A stretch of DNA of 64,000 nucleotides from Candidatus Moraniibacteriota bacterium (GCA_034522495.1 JAXHLG010000002.1:165583-229582), one strand, 5' to 3'. Positions 31,030-41,837 are shown, counted from the first letter of the stretch. Notes: a model not told the origin generated them from the letters alone. Translations and numbers: made by a program.

Positions 31030-31785
31030 TTGGCAGCGAGGGAAAAACACAAAACAAAAAACACAAAGCCCAAACAAAACACAAAGCAGAAAACACAAAA
31101 CACAATACTGCTGGAGCGAGCTTCCAGTCCGGCACAGAGGTTTCGAAAAACCAAAGGACCGGGCCAGAGGCCCGCTCCAGCAAAAATTAAATGGCTATTT
31201 CATATTAAAATGTTATCATTTTAACATTTTAGCATGCAAGCAGTTGATATGGATTGATATATAATAGATATAAGGTTGATATTTATTGATAAAATAGTTC
31301 TAAGTTTATAAAGTTCTGAGTTGAAAGGTGGGGAAACCTATTGAAATACAATGGATATATGGTTGATATATGGTAGAAATTGATGGAAACTTATGGAAAT
31401 TGGAATTGGGAAATATATATTTAAATCAGGATTTTAATATATATTTTTCTGAAGAGAGGATGCTTTTGGCAAAAAAACAAGGCTAAACCTTTTTTAATCA
31501 AGGTTTAGCCTTTAGCCTTTTGGATTGTTGCTTCCATTTTTAATTAATAACTGGTGTTGCGCAGTTATGTTGAATTAGCTTTTTCGAGGAAGAGCCTGAA
31601 GTTCGACTTCTGCGGATGCAGAAGTCTAACTTCAGGGCTAACCTTGCATATTCATATTGAACTCAAAAGAAGATATGTGCGCAACATCAGTTAATGGATT
31701 TCTCAATTTTCATTTTTGTCCGATTTTTCAATCAACGAATTCACGAATTTCTGTAATAAATTTTAGATCAATTAGATCAATTAGA

Positions 31786-32331
31786 TCAATCAGAATAATT
31801 AGAATAATTCATTTTCTTCCATCCCTTTATTCCTCCAACAAAAGCCAATCCTCCTGCCAGGGCGGTGGCAAGCTGGGGCCAGCTGAACATGTAGAGCAGT
31901 TGGCTGTTAAGGGAGCCGGCCAAGAGCAAGGAAGCTCCGTAAAGAAGGGCGAACTTGGCGATGCTGGCGGCTAAAGCGCCTTGCAGGACATTATTTTTCA
32001 GAAATTTAAAAGCGGTTATCAAGACTATATTGGAGAAAATTATGTAGGGGATCATAAGCGCCATGGGCGGAGGCAAGAGGCCTCTGGTCAAGGCGATGGA
32101 GGACGGGAGCGCTCCCACCAAAAAGGCGTTGGCAAGAGGGAGGCGATAGGCGGCGGCGAAGAGCGTCAGGTTGACGAGCGTTCCGGTTATCCATTGATTG
32201 CCCGGACTGTGGGCAAGCAACGCAGGGGCGATGATGGCAGCCAAGGTTAGGCCGACGGTCCAGGTTAGCTCCGAGGTTTGCCAGCCGGCCAGCGGCATAG
32301 ACTTAATCTGGGTGACGACTTTGTTTTTCAT
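31786..32331 (-). CDS. Integral membrane protein (ECF S-component-like), hydrogenase-associated
   Basis: Five to six TM helices; NQWITGTLVN and WPQLATALAGG. Co-oriented with the TM1266-type gene. Confidence 0.7.
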   Translation of the reverse strand: MKNKVVTQIKSMPLAGWQTSELTWTVGLTLAAIIAPALLAHSPGNQWITGTLVNLTLFAAAYRLPLANAFLVGALPSSIALTRGLLPPPMALMIPYIIFSNIVLITAFKFLKNNVLQGALAASIAKFALLYGASLLLAGSLNSQLLYMFSWPQLATALAGGLAFVGGIKGWKKMNYSNYSD

Positions 32332-32610
32332 GAGTTTATTTTATTAAATATTAATTGTTGCATTGTTTTTAAAATAGCTCTTTAGATAATTTTATGGGTA
32401 TTTTTTTCTAGACCATTCTCGAGCAACTGATGTTACGCCGCTTGACACGCCTGCCACTCAACACACCTTGAAGGTGTGTTGAGCTGACCAAACGGATATA
32501 GGGTTGGTGTGCGATAGAAATTGGTGGGAACTCAACTGGTCGAAAATTATGGAAATTAGGAGATGCAAAACTATTCAAGATACAAGACACTAGATACAAG
32601 ATTCTCATTA

Positions 32611-32874
32611 TTAATCTGTCACTATCGATTTTTTGGCTACTATGCCGTAGAGGGAGTCGATTTTTTCGGTTAATTCTTTGATTTCTTTGGAGGTGCCTTC
32701 GATGGTGACGACTACCAGGGCGGTGCAATGCTCAAAGCATCTTCGTTCCAAGTTGGTTCCCAGTCTGGAGAGGATCATGTGGCCATGTTCGGTTAGAATC
32801 CGGTTGACTTCCGGAGAATTGGTTTGCCTGTCTTTGACTAGGATGGTTATGGTACCTAAATGTTTTTTTGGCAT
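32611..32874 (-). CDS. TM1266-family iron-only hydrogenase system putative regulator (ACT-like)
   Basis: 87 aa, ITILV.DR....EVNRIL..HG..ILSRLG. Divergent from hydC. Confidence 0.75.
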   Translation of the reverse strand: MPKKHLGTITILVKDRQTNSPEVNRILTEHGHMILSRLGTNLERRCFEHCTALVVVTIEGTSKEIKELTEKIDSLYGIVAKKSIVTD

Positions 32875-32945
32875 AATTATTTTGTTATTTAATTTTCTAT
32901 GATAAAATAATAACATAAAAGTTTGAATTTAAAAACAAAATAGTG

Positions 32946-33383
32946 ATGATACAGAAAATTTTGCTTAGATATGAGCCTAAAAAAGAGAATTTGTTGCGGG
33001 CGATTAAAGACATAAATAAAAATTTCGGTTGGTTTGGAAAGGAAGCCTTGGACGAGGCGGCCAGTCATTTCGGGATGACCGCGGCGGAAGTTTATAGCGC
33101 GGCCAGTTTTTATGATGAGATAAATTTGGAGGAGCCGCCTCAGCTGACGGTTCAGATTTGCAATAGCGCCAACTGCCAAAGCAAAGGCGTTGATAGCATG
33201 ATCAGTGAACTGGAGGCTTTTTTCAATGGACGAGCCGGGCATGGCGGCAAGTTGAAGTTTGAAAAAATCAGCTGTCTGGGGCGATGTCTGGAAGGACCGG
33301 TGATGAGAGTTAACGGAACTTTTTATACCAAGATGAATAAGGCTAAAGCGATGGAGGTGATTGGGCAATGGATGTCATTTTAA
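32946..33383 (+). CDS. hydC: [FeFe]-hydrogenase gamma subunit (NuoE-like, 2Fe-2S)
   Basis: ASFYD, CNSANC and CLGRC..GP motifs. Confidence 0.85.
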   Translation: MIQKILLRYEPKKENLLRAIKDINKNFGWFGKEALDEAASHFGMTAAEVYSAASFYDEINLEEPPQLTVQICNSANCQSKGVDSMISELEAFFNGRAGHGGKLKFEKISCLGRCLEGPVMRVNGTFYTKMNKAKAMEVIGQWMSF

Positions 33384-33415
33384 CATTTTATCATATTAAC
33401 TTTTTATCATGTTTA

Positions 33416-33476
33416 GGAATTACGCGCTTGCCTCTTTATTGCTCTCGGCATTGCCAGAGAGTAATCGCGTAATTCC
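33416..33476 (+). mobile_element. Internally deleted MITE family A copy (61 bp)
   Basis: Both TIRs and the TA flanks are retained; the interior is missing. Confidence 0.75.
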
Positions 33477-33576
33477 TATTGTTATAAGAAATGCGTTAAT
33501 GAACGACTAGTGATGGGGTGGGAGTGGCCAAAATAGCTGTCAATTGCCAATTGCTAATAATCAATTACTTTTTTCA

Positions 33577-34803
33577 ATGAAAATTATTACCAAAAACTGG
33601 GGCGAGGTTGATGCTTGGAAGATCGGGAGCTATCTTGATGCCGGGGGCTACGAGGCCTTGGGGGAGGCGCTTGGAAAGAAGCCGGCTCAAGAGGTGGTGG
33701 AAGAGATGGAAAAATCGGGGCTTCAAGGAAGAGGCGGCGCCGGGTTTCCGACGGGGAAGAAGTGGTCGATTGCCGCCGGGGCTTCTTCGGAGGAGAAATA
33801 CGTTATTTGCAATTTGGACGAGTCGGAGCCGGGCAATTTCAAGGACAAAAGCATAGCGGAAAATGATCCTCATCGGATAATCGAGGGGCTGGTTTTGGCG
33901 GCTTATGCCATCGGCGCTAACAAGGGATTTATTTATCTCAACGGAAATTTTTATGAGGCGGGAAAAATTTTGGAGAAGGCTATTGCTGATGCGTATGAGA
34001 AAAATTTTTTGGGTCAAAAGATCACAGGAAGCGATTTTGGCTTTGATTTGGAGATATTTTATGGCGCCGGGGCTTACATTTGCGGAGAAGAGTCGGCTTT
34101 GATCAATTCCATAGAAGGGAAAAGAGGCGAGCCGAGGAATAAACCGCCTTTTCCCTGCGAATGCGGGCTGTTTGGCAAACCGACTTTGGTAAACAACGCT
34201 GAAACATTGGCCAATGCTGCTTGGATTATGAAAAACGGACCAAAAGAATTTGCAAAATTAGGGGTAAAAGATTCGCCGGGAACCAAGCTTTTTTGCATCG
34301 ACGGGGCGGTGAAGTATCCGGGGTTGTATGAGGCGGAGATCGGCGCGAGTGTTGAAGATCTGGTGGAGTTAGCCGGGGGCGCCAGAGTCGGATGCGAGAT
34401 CGGATTGGTTCAAGTCGGCGGCAGTTCCGGGAGGGTTTTGGACGGCGCTTCGCTTGGCAAGGCGCCCGGTTATGGCAAGCAAGCCGAGCTGGCTATGGGG
34501 TCCGGGTCGCTTTTGGTAATCGACAAGCATCAGAGCGTTAAGAAGCTTCTGCAAAGCTGGATAGATTTTTTCCAGAGGGAGTCCTGCGGAAAATGCGTTC
34601 CTTGCCGGGAAGGAACCTTCCGGCTGAAGGGCATTATTGAAAGGCTTAATAATGGAAATTTTGATAAAAATGACAAGGAGGACTTGAAGAAGCTGGTTTG
34701 GGTTTTGGACAATACCACTTTTTGTCCGCTGGGGAAGTTTTCGGTGACGGGGTTGAAGGATGTGATGGAGTTGGGGTTGGTAAGGGAGTTAAAGTATGAT
34801 TGA
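33577..34803 (+). CDS. hydB: [FeFe]-hydrogenase beta subunit (NuoF-like, FMN/NADH-binding, one 4Fe-4S)
   Basis: GRGGAGFPTGKKW, DESEPG, GAGAYICGEESAL and SCGKCVPCREG...C motifs. Confidence 0.88.
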   Translation: MKIITKNWGEVDAWKIGSYLDAGGYEALGEALGKKPAQEVVEEMEKSGLQGRGGAGFPTGKKWSIAAGASSEEKYVICNLDESEPGNFKDKSIAENDPHRIIEGLVLAAYAIGANKGFIYLNGNFYEAGKILEKAIADAYEKNFLGQKITGSDFGFDLEIFYGAGAYICGEESALINSIEGKRGEPRNKPPFPCECGLFGKPTLVNNAETLANAAWIMKNGPKEFAKLGVKDSPGTKLFCIDGAVKYPGLYEAEIGASVEDLVELAGGARVGCEIGLVQVGGSSGRVLDGASLGKAPGYGKQAELAMGSGSLLVIDKHQSVKKLLQSWIDFFQRESCGKCVPCREGTFRLKGIIERLNNGNFDKNDKEDLKKLVWVLDNTTFCPLGKFSVTGLKDVMELGLVRELKYD

Positions 34804-35029
34804 TAAAAATAGTTCTAAGTTTATAAAGTTCTAAGTTCTGAGTTGAAAGGTAGGGAAACTTATTGAAATACCATAGATATATGGTTGATATATAATAGAA
34901 ACTGGTGGAAATTCATAGAAATTAAGAAATTACGAAATTGATTAGATGGTGACAAGTGACTAGTGACAAGTGACAAGTGACCAAGCTAGCTGTCAATTAC
35001 TAATATTTAATAACAAGTTGCTTTTTTAA

Positions 35030-36814
35030 ATGAAAATATTTATTGATAAAAAAGAATATTTTGCTAAGGAGGGGCAGACGGTGCTGGAGGTTTGCCGGGA
35101 GAATGATATCTTCATTCCTTCTTTGTGTTTTCATAAGGACTTGCTGCCGGTTGAGGGAGTTTGCAGGCTTTGTTTGGTGAAAACCAATAAACACAACGGC
35201 TTATTGTCTTCTTGCGGGCTGAAAGTCCAGGAAGGCCTGGAGGTTTTTACTCAGGATGAGGATATCAATAAAGCCAGGAAGTATAATTTGGAGCTTCTTT
35301 GGGCCGATCACGCTGGCAAGTGCGCCCAGTGTTCGCGCAACGGAAATTGCGAGCTGCAGGAATTGGCCAAGGAGGTGGGCATAGATACCAATGATTTTGT
35401 TCCGGAGTTTGGCGATTTCGAGAAAGAAGAGCAGCTAAAGATCCTCAAGAACAGCCTCAAAAATAGAGTAGTGGATGATAAGAATCCTTCTGTTTACCGG
35501 GATAATCAGTACTGCGTGGAGTGCCGGAGGTGTATCCGGGCTTGTAAAAATATTCAGGCGCTGGGATTGTATGAGATGAATCATCGCAGTATCGAGTCCA
35601 ATGTCGGCACGGCGGGAGAGGAGCCGCTGGATTGCATTTATTGCGGGCAGTGCTCAGTCTATTGCCCGACGGCGGCGATTAACGAGAAAGAGAATATAGA
35701 AGATCTGAAAAGAGTTCTTCAGGATTCCAAAAAACTGAAGGTATTTCAAATTGCTCCTTCGTCGAGATTTACGCTGGGGGAGGAGTTCGGCATGGAGCCT
35801 GGAACGCCGGTGGAGGGCAAGATAATCACCGCTTTGAGGAAAATGGGGGCGGATTTGATTTTTGACACTACCTTTGCGGCCGATTTGACTATTGTGGAGG
35901 AAGCTAACGAGCTTTTGGGGCGGTTGCGGAAAAAGTCCAAGGGAGAGGAAGCGCGCCTGCCGATGTTTACCAGTTGCTGTCCTTCCTGGGTACTCTATGT
36001 GGAGAAGTATCGACCGGATTTTATCCCTTATTTGTCCAGCTGTAAGTCTCCCCAGCAGATGATGGGGGCGATGGTCAAGAATTATTACGCGCAAAAAGAA
36101 AAAATCAACAGGGAAAATATTATGGCGATTTCCGTGATGCCGTGCACTTCCAAGAAATATGAAGCGCGAAGAGAGGAAATGGGCAAAGACGGAAATCCGG
36201 ATGTTGATTTGGTTATCACTACCCGCGAGTTGGCCCGCTTGATCAAGGATCAAAAATTCGCTTTTCCGGATTTGGAAGACGGAGAGTTTGACAAGGCTAT
36301 GGGAATTTATTCCGGGGCGGGGATTATTTTCGGTTCTACCGGAGGTGTAATGGAAGCCGGGCTGAGAACGGCGTATGAGAAGTTGACTTGCCGGGAGATG
36401 GAGAAACTGGATTATGAGCAAGTCAGGGGAGACGCGGGAATCCGGGAGGCGGAATTGACCATACCCAAAACGGGGTGTCTTTCCAGAGAGTTGACTGTCC
36501 GGGTGGCGGTGGCGCATGAAATCAATAACGCTAAGAAAATTTTGGATAATATTGAAAGCGGGAAATCCAAGTATGATTTTGTTGAAGTGATGGCCTGTCC
36601 GAGCGGCTGTTTGGGAGGAGGCGGGCAGCCCCGGCCGGTGGACTCCGAGATTCGAAGGAAAAGAAGGGAGGCGATTTACAAAAAGGATGCGGGATTGCCG
36701 GTCAGGAAGTCTCACGAAAATCCGGCAATTGAAAAAGTTTACCAAGATTATTTGGGCAGTCCCGGAAGCGAGTTGGCGGAGGAGCTGTTGCATACGAACT
36801 ATAACAAGAGGTAA
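35030..36814 (+). CDS. hydA: Group A [FeFe]-hydrogenase catalytic subunit
   Basis: H-cluster motifs TSCCPSW, MPCTSKKYE and EVMACPSGCLGGGGQP. N-terminal 2Fe-2S, His-ligated 4Fe-4S and 2x4Fe-4S motifs. Confidence 0.95.
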   Translation: MKIFIDKKEYFAKEGQTVLEVCRENDIFIPSLCFHKDLLPVEGVCRLCLVKTNKHNGLLSSCGLKVQEGLEVFTQDEDINKARKYNLELLWADHAGKCAQCSRNGNCELQELAKEVGIDTNDFVPEFGDFEKEEQLKILKNSLKNRVVDDKNPSVYRDNQYCVECRRCIRACKNIQALGLYEMNHRSIESNVGTAGEEPLDCIYCGQCSVYCPTAAINEKENIEDLKRVLQDSKKLKVFQIAPSSRFTLGEEFGMEPGTPVEGKIITALRKMGADLIFDTTFAADLTIVEEANELLGRLRKKSKGEEARLPMFTSCCPSWVLYVEKYRPDFIPYLSSCKSPQQMMGAMVKNYYAQKEKINRENIMAISVMPCTSKKYEARREEMGKDGNPDVDLVITTRELARLIKDQKFAFPDLEDGEFDKAMGIYSGAGIIFGSTGGVMEAGLRTAYEKLTCREMEKLDYEQVRGDAGIREAELTIPKTGCLSRELTVRVAVAHEINNAKKILDNIESGKSKYDFVEVMACPSGCLGGGGQPRPVDSEIRRKRREAIYKKDAGLPVRKSHENPAIEKVYQDYLGSPGSELAEELLHTNYNKR

Positions 36815-36879
36815 AAGTTCTAAGTTAAAAGTTCATAAAGTTCCGAGTTGAAAATCGGAGAAGCTTATTGAAATAAAAT

Positions 36880-37041
36880 GGGACTGTTTCCAAGCACCGT
36901 TTTAGTACGAAATTTCTCGTTTTTTAGATAAATTTTTCAAACAATTTTTGCAGCTTTAGCCTTAGCTAAGGCAAAAAAATTTTTGGAAAATTTAGCAAAA
37001 AAGGTGGGATTGCAGTAAAAACGGTGCTTGGAAACAGTCCC
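36880..37041. mobile_element. MITE-like element D with perfect 26-bp terminal inverted repeats
   Basis: GGGACTGTTTCCAAGCACCGTTTTTA / TAAAAACGGTGCTTGGAAACAGTCCC. Palindromic interior. An isolated end fragment lies near 28347-28360. Confidence 0.7.
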
Positions 37042-37293
37042 AAAATAAAAATTTATTGAAATTGGGATATTTGTTGATGTCGTTCAAATCTGGCAAATTG
37101 ACCCCGGCGGAAGTGAGTTTGAAGTTCGAGTTCTGCGGACACAGAAGTCGAACTTCTGGATAGTATGAGATTTGAAGGGAGGGTAGTTACCACGATCGTG
37201 GCCACGATGATGGCCACGATTTTTTATAAACCTTATTGAGCTGTCCGATTGTTAAGCTTTTATTTATTTGTTAAGATTATATAAACCTAAACT

Positions 37294-37479
37294 GAAACCA
37301 CTGGAGAATGTCATTCTGAACTTGCTTGTCCGGCTTTGACGGGATTCAGAATCTATAAATTTGCAGAATGGCTTATCCATGGAGATCCTGATTTTTGCCC
37401 CGCAGAGCGGGGCACCCCGCTATAGCGGTGGCATTCAGGATGACATTTTAAGGGGATTTCTATATTCTTCAGTGGTTTC
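37294..37479 (+). mobile_element. MITE family B copy
   Basis: TIRs present; 6-bp TAAACT direct repeat on both flanks. Confidence 0.8.
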
Positions 37480-37490
37480 TAAACTAATTT

Positions 37491-38189
37491 ATGAATATAT
37501 TTGAACATTCGGAGGTGTTAACATTTTTATCCGAAAGAGCTGATGGAAACATGCGGCTTTTTGGGGGTGACAGCTCTGCGAATCGGGATAATTTTCTCCA
37601 GAAGAATAATTTAGGGGGATGTAAACTTGTTTCTGCTCGGCTTGTGCATGATTCGCGAGTGGAGGTGGTTGGCAAAGATAGTCAAATAATTATTGAAAAA
37701 GCAGATGGCTTGGTAGCGCGTCAAAAAGAGATAGTTTTGGCTGTAACGGTGGCGGATTGTTTGCCTATTTATTTATTTGACCCCAAAACCAAGGTTTGCG
37801 GTGTTTTGCATGCCGGATGGAGGAGTTTGAAAAAAGGAGTTATTCGGGAGGCGATGAGTCAAATGAAAAAAGCTTTCGGCGCTGAAGCAGATGATTTTTT
37901 GGCGGGTGTCGGAGTCGGCATTGGGGCTTGCCACTTTGAGGTAAAGGAAGATTTTCAGCAGAAGTTTGCCGAATTTCCTCAGTTCTTTGTTCGCAAGGAA
38001 GACAAAGTCTTTTTTGATCTTAAGGCCTTGGCAAGGTTTTTGCTAATCAAGCAAGGGGTCTTGGAAGAAAATATTGCCATTAAGCCAGAATGCACTTATT
38101 GCCTCGAAGATAATTATTTTTCATTTCGAAGAGACGGGGAAAAAGAAGGAGAGATTCAGGCGATGATGGCGGGGATAACGGTCATTTAA
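37491..38189 (+). CDS. pgeF: Peptidoglycan editing factor / purine nucleoside phosphorylase (YfiH/laccase domain)
   Basis: ADGL, VADCLPI, HAGWR and FSFRR motifs. Confidence 0.9.
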   Translation: MNIFEHSEVLTFLSERADGNMRLFGGDSSANRDNFLQKNNLGGCKLVSARLVHDSRVEVVGKDSQIIIEKADGLVARQKEIVLAVTVADCLPIYLFDPKTKVCGVLHAGWRSLKKGVIREAMSQMKKAFGAEADDFLAGVGVGIGACHFEVKEDFQQKFAEFPQFFVRKEDKVFFDLKALARFLLIKQGVLEENIAIKPECTYCLEDNYFSFRRDGEKEGEIQAMMAGITVI

Positions 38190-38630
38190 ACATACAAACA
38201 TTTAAACATTTAAACATGTAAACATCTAAGCATACAAACATTTAAACCCCGTAAATTCTCCCGCAAAGCGGGATCACACGGGGCAAGGCATCTAAGCATA
38301 CGAGCATCTAAGCATGCAAACATTTAAACACTCAGTATATTAGTTTATTTGTATAATGGGAGACGGGGGATTTTCGATTGCAGATTTTCGAATTGTGGTG
38401 AATTGCTTCCTTGCTTCATTGTTCAATTGTTAGATACTTATTGAAATTGATGGAAATTTATAGAAACTTATGGAAGCTGAAATTAGGAAATTGCGAAATT
38501 AGGAAATTCTGTTTTATTATTAAGAGAAATTGTTTGATTAGTGACCAGTGACAGATGACCAGTGACTAAGCTAATTGCCAACAACAAATGACTTTCTAAA
38601 CTTTCCACTTTATAACTTTAAAGCTTTGCT

Positions 38631-38966
38631 ATGCAAATCAAGATTCCGCAGGATGATTATAAGTATCTTTGGACTCGGCACGTGGTGGGGAAGATTTTTC
38701 AGTATGGGATTACACCCAATCGAGTTAAGAGGATTATCAATAATCCTCAAAGACGCGAGGAGGGAATTGCGCCCAGCACGGTGGCGGTGATGCAGAAAAA
38801 GTCCAAGAAAGAGGACAAGGGAGAGCTTTGGGTGATGTATCAGACGGTTGGCGGGAAAAAGAGGGTAATTTCCACTTGGGTGTATCCGGGGGTGACGCCT
38901 AAAGGCAAGGAAATTTTCGTGCCGGATGAGGTGTGGATGGAGATTGAGAAATATAAGAAGAATTAA
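38631..38966 (+). CDS. Hypothetical protein (DUF4258-like)
   Basis: WTRH...RVKRIINNPQRREEGIAP...ELWVMYQ...VISTWVYPG. Confidence 0.6.
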   Translation: MQIKIPQDDYKYLWTRHVVGKIFQYGITPNRVKRIINNPQRREEGIAPSTVAVMQKKSKKEDKGELWVMYQTVGGKKRVISTWVYPGVTPKGKEIFVPDEVWMEIEKYKKN

Positions 38967-39177
38967 TCCAGAGGAATTACAGTTCAATAGAGCTTATCCA
39001 AAGCAATATTCTTTTTGGCTAAAGAGTTTGAGATAAAATTATTCTAATTATTCTAATTGATCTAATTATTCTAAAAAGTTTATTTTATGGATATTGGTTG
39101 AAACCTTTAAACATTAGTGAATTAAAAATCTTTTGGGGGCGTAGAAGAGATTACGTGCTTAAAAATTAAAAATAAGG

Positions 39178-39618
39178 ATGGCGAAAAGCATTTTGGACGT
39201 ATTTGAGGAAAATGAGCGGATGGTGGGGAGGCTGTATGAGATTTATGCGGATAAATTTCCTCAGAGAAAAGATTTGTGGCTTCAGCTGGTCCGGGAGGAG
39301 GACGAACATGTCAAAGAGGTGCGGAGAATCAAAAAGATTAGCAAGGAAAGAGATTTTGCCGAAAGCGTTTTTCACAGGACGGTGGTGCATCAAGTGATGG
39401 AGTTTGTCCAGGAGTGCATCGAAAAGGCTCGCGAGGAGAAAATGAGTTACAAGGAGGCGGTGGAGACGGCCTTGAGAATTGAGCAGTCGGTTTTGGAGAA
39501 GAAGTGTTTTGATCTTTTCGCGACAACTAACAAGACCGTGAAAGAAATTTTGGACAAAATGGAGAAGGAGACTTGGGAACACTTGGAGAGGCTGGAGAAA
39601 GAGTATGGCAGGATTTAG
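39178..39618 (+). CDS. Ferritin/rubrerythrin-like four-helix protein
   Basis: E......Y, EEDEH, E and ETWEH di-iron-type pattern. Confidence 0.75.
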   Translation: MAKSILDVFEENERMVGRLYEIYADKFPQRKDLWLQLVREEDEHVKEVRRIKKISKERDFAESVFHRTVVHQVMEFVQECIEKAREEKMSYKEAVETALRIEQSVLEKKCFDLFATTNKTVKEILDKMEKETWEHLERLEKEYGRI

Positions 39619-39954
39619 GTCATTCGAACATTTAAACATTTAAACATACAAACATTTAAGCATACGAATATTTAAACATTTGGTGTATTAGTTTATTTGT
39701 ATAATGGGGGATTGGGTATTTTCGATTGCAGATTTTCGAATTGTGGTGAATTGCTTCATTGCTTCATTGTTCAATTGTTGGATACTTATTGAAATTGATG
39801 GAAATTTATAGATATTAAGAAATCACGAAATTGAGAAATTAGAAAATGGTTGAATTTTTTGGCTTGGGCGGAAGCAAAAGGGATAAAAGGAAAAAATTTT
39901 GCATTAAAAAAGAGCGTGTGCCGGTTGGCAGCGCTCTTTTTGGGCTTGATTTAT

Positions 39955-40842
39955 TTATCCGTATGTTTCGATTGTATGCATAATACTGTCTGCTATTCCG
40001 CGGATCCTTCTATGGCTTACTTGATTTGTTGATAATAGCTCTTGACGCTCCTGTTTTATTATTTGCACCAAGGCGGCTTTTTTCCGGGCTTCTTTGCTTA
40101 GCTTTTCTATTTTCTCTTCGTCAATCGGGGGGTCGGCCGGAAATAGGTTTTCTAAGTTGTCGCCAAGACCGTGTTTTTCCGCAATTTTTTCTAAATTTTT
40201 CCAATTGTCAAGCTGTTTCATCTCCTGGATCTCTTCCAGGGCAAACAGCTTTAGGGCTATCTCTCTGAGCATGTTGTGATAATGATCTAGGTAAATCTCG
40301 GTCGCTTCGTTTGTGTAATAGGCAAGATTTTCAAAATTTATCCGATAATCCGTGAGATTAAGCACACATTCCAATATAAAGTGAGGATTTTTTTGTTCGC
40401 ACTTGGCTATTTCTTTCTTGATTTTATCCTCCAATTCGGCTATCTTTATTTCCTCCAAGGTGTTTTCGGCTTGCCTGAAGACGGCTTGCGCTCGGGGGTT
40501 CATGAAGATTTTTTTGCCGAAGAAGGGTAAAGACAAGATTTCTTTTCTGGCCTTTTTGGGAAGTTCTTTGTACCTTAATTTCGAGATTGGTCGACTGTTG
40601 AGATTTGTTTTACTTAGCATTTTCATTTCCCAAAAGGAGTAGAAATAAGTGAAAAAGCAAAGCATCATCGCACCCGGAATAAGCATAATAAAGAGTATTG
40701 TATCAAAGACGGAAATTTTATTTAGTTCAATTGTTGATAGAACATAAATGATCCAACAGGAAAAAATTAACATAAGCAGTGTTTCAAATCTCCGTTGCGA
40801 TCTGCCAATTTCTTCTTTTGCGGGTATAGCTGAATAACTCAT
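39955..40842 (-). CDS. Hypothetical membrane protein (two N-terminal TM helices)
   Basis: 295-aa ORF with an upstream GGAGG RBS on the minus strand. Confidence 0.7.
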   Translation of the reverse strand: MSYSAIPAKEEIGRSQRRFETLLMLIFSCWIIYVLSTIELNKISVFDTILFIMLIPGAMMLCFFTYFYSFWEMKMLSKTNLNSRPISKLRYKELPKKARKEILSLPFFGKKIFMNPRAQAVFRQAENTLEEIKIAELEDKIKKEIAKCEQKNPHFILECVLNLTDYRINFENLAYYTNEATEIYLDHYHNMLREIALKLFALEEIQEMKQLDNWKNLEKIAEKHGLGDNLENLFPADPPIDEEKIEKLSKEARKKAALVQIIKQERQELLSTNQVSHRRIRGIADSIMHTIETYG

Positions 40843-41247
40843 AAATACCTCCGGGGTTTGTTGTTGTCAAGGTTCTTCTTTGGGATGCTGAAGTCTAGCA
40901 TGGGAAGGGGGTTTGGTCAATGGGAGGATTTCGTTTATTAGTGTATTTGTGTAATAGGAGAATGGGAATTTTCGATTGCAGATTTTTGAATTGTGGTGAA
41001 TTGTTTCATTGCTTTATTGTTCAATTGTTGGGAAGTTGAATGATTGGTGAATTTGGGTAATTTGATGAAATTGTAGTCCATGGATCGGGCTGGAATCCCG
41101 TTCCAGCGTAAAAAAGAAAGGTGAGTTGAACGAGAAACTATTTGGTGGTATTATTTAATTTGTGCTCTTAAATACTCATGATGCTTGATTCATACTTCAT
41201 GATACAAAATACTTGATACATAACACATAACGCATTAATTTTTCATT

Positions 41248-41706
41248 ATGGCTAAAACCAAGGTTTTTGAGGTTGAGTTTAAAAGCGAGGGGGTTTATGA
41301 TTTTATGGATTTGACCGATGAGGTGAAGAAGTTTGTTGAGAAAAGCGGGGTTAAGAACGGCATAGTCAATATCCAAACCTTTCACACAACAACCGCCATT
41401 TTGCTTAATGAGAAGGAGACGGGCCTTTTGGAAGATATCAAAAAGAGTTTGGACAGGCTGGCTCCCGGCGATATTTATTATCAGCATGATGATTTTGAGG
41501 TGAGGACGGAGAATATCTGCGATGATGAATGCCGCAACGGGCACAGCCACTGCAAGGCTATCCGTTTGCCGGCTTCCCATTCTTTGAATGTGGTAGGCGG
41601 AGAACTGCAGCTGGGGACTTGGCAGAGGCTGTTGTTTTTCGAGCTTGACAGAGCTCGGACGAGGAAGGCGCAAGTGTTGGTTTTGGGGGATAAGAAGGGA
41701 AGGTAA
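41248..41706 (+). CDS. yjbQ: YjbQ/UPF0047 family protein (paralogue 2)
   Basis: HTTTAILLNE, NGHSHCKA and LGTWQR...ELD..R.R motifs. Confidence 0.9.
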   Translation: MAKTKVFEVEFKSEGVYDFMDLTDEVKKFVEKSGVKNGIVNIQTFHTTTAILLNEKETGLLEDIKKSLDRLAPGDIYYQHDDFEVRTENICDDECRNGHSHCKAIRLPASHSLNVVGGELQLGTWQRLLFFELDRARTRKAQVLVLGDKKGR

Positions 41707-41837
41707 TTGTGTATTGGTGTAATAGTATATTAGGAGATTAAATTTATTGCTTCATTGTTCCATTGCTAAATTGTTGGGAAATTTCTATGTTTTCGCACAG
41801 CGGTTAATCTCTCTTTAGGTAGATATTTTTGTATTGA

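Noticed and set aside
32946-36814. Respiratory complex I nuoEFG
   Set aside because: The third gene has all three H-cluster motifs of an [FeFe]-hydrogenase, and no other nuo genes are present.
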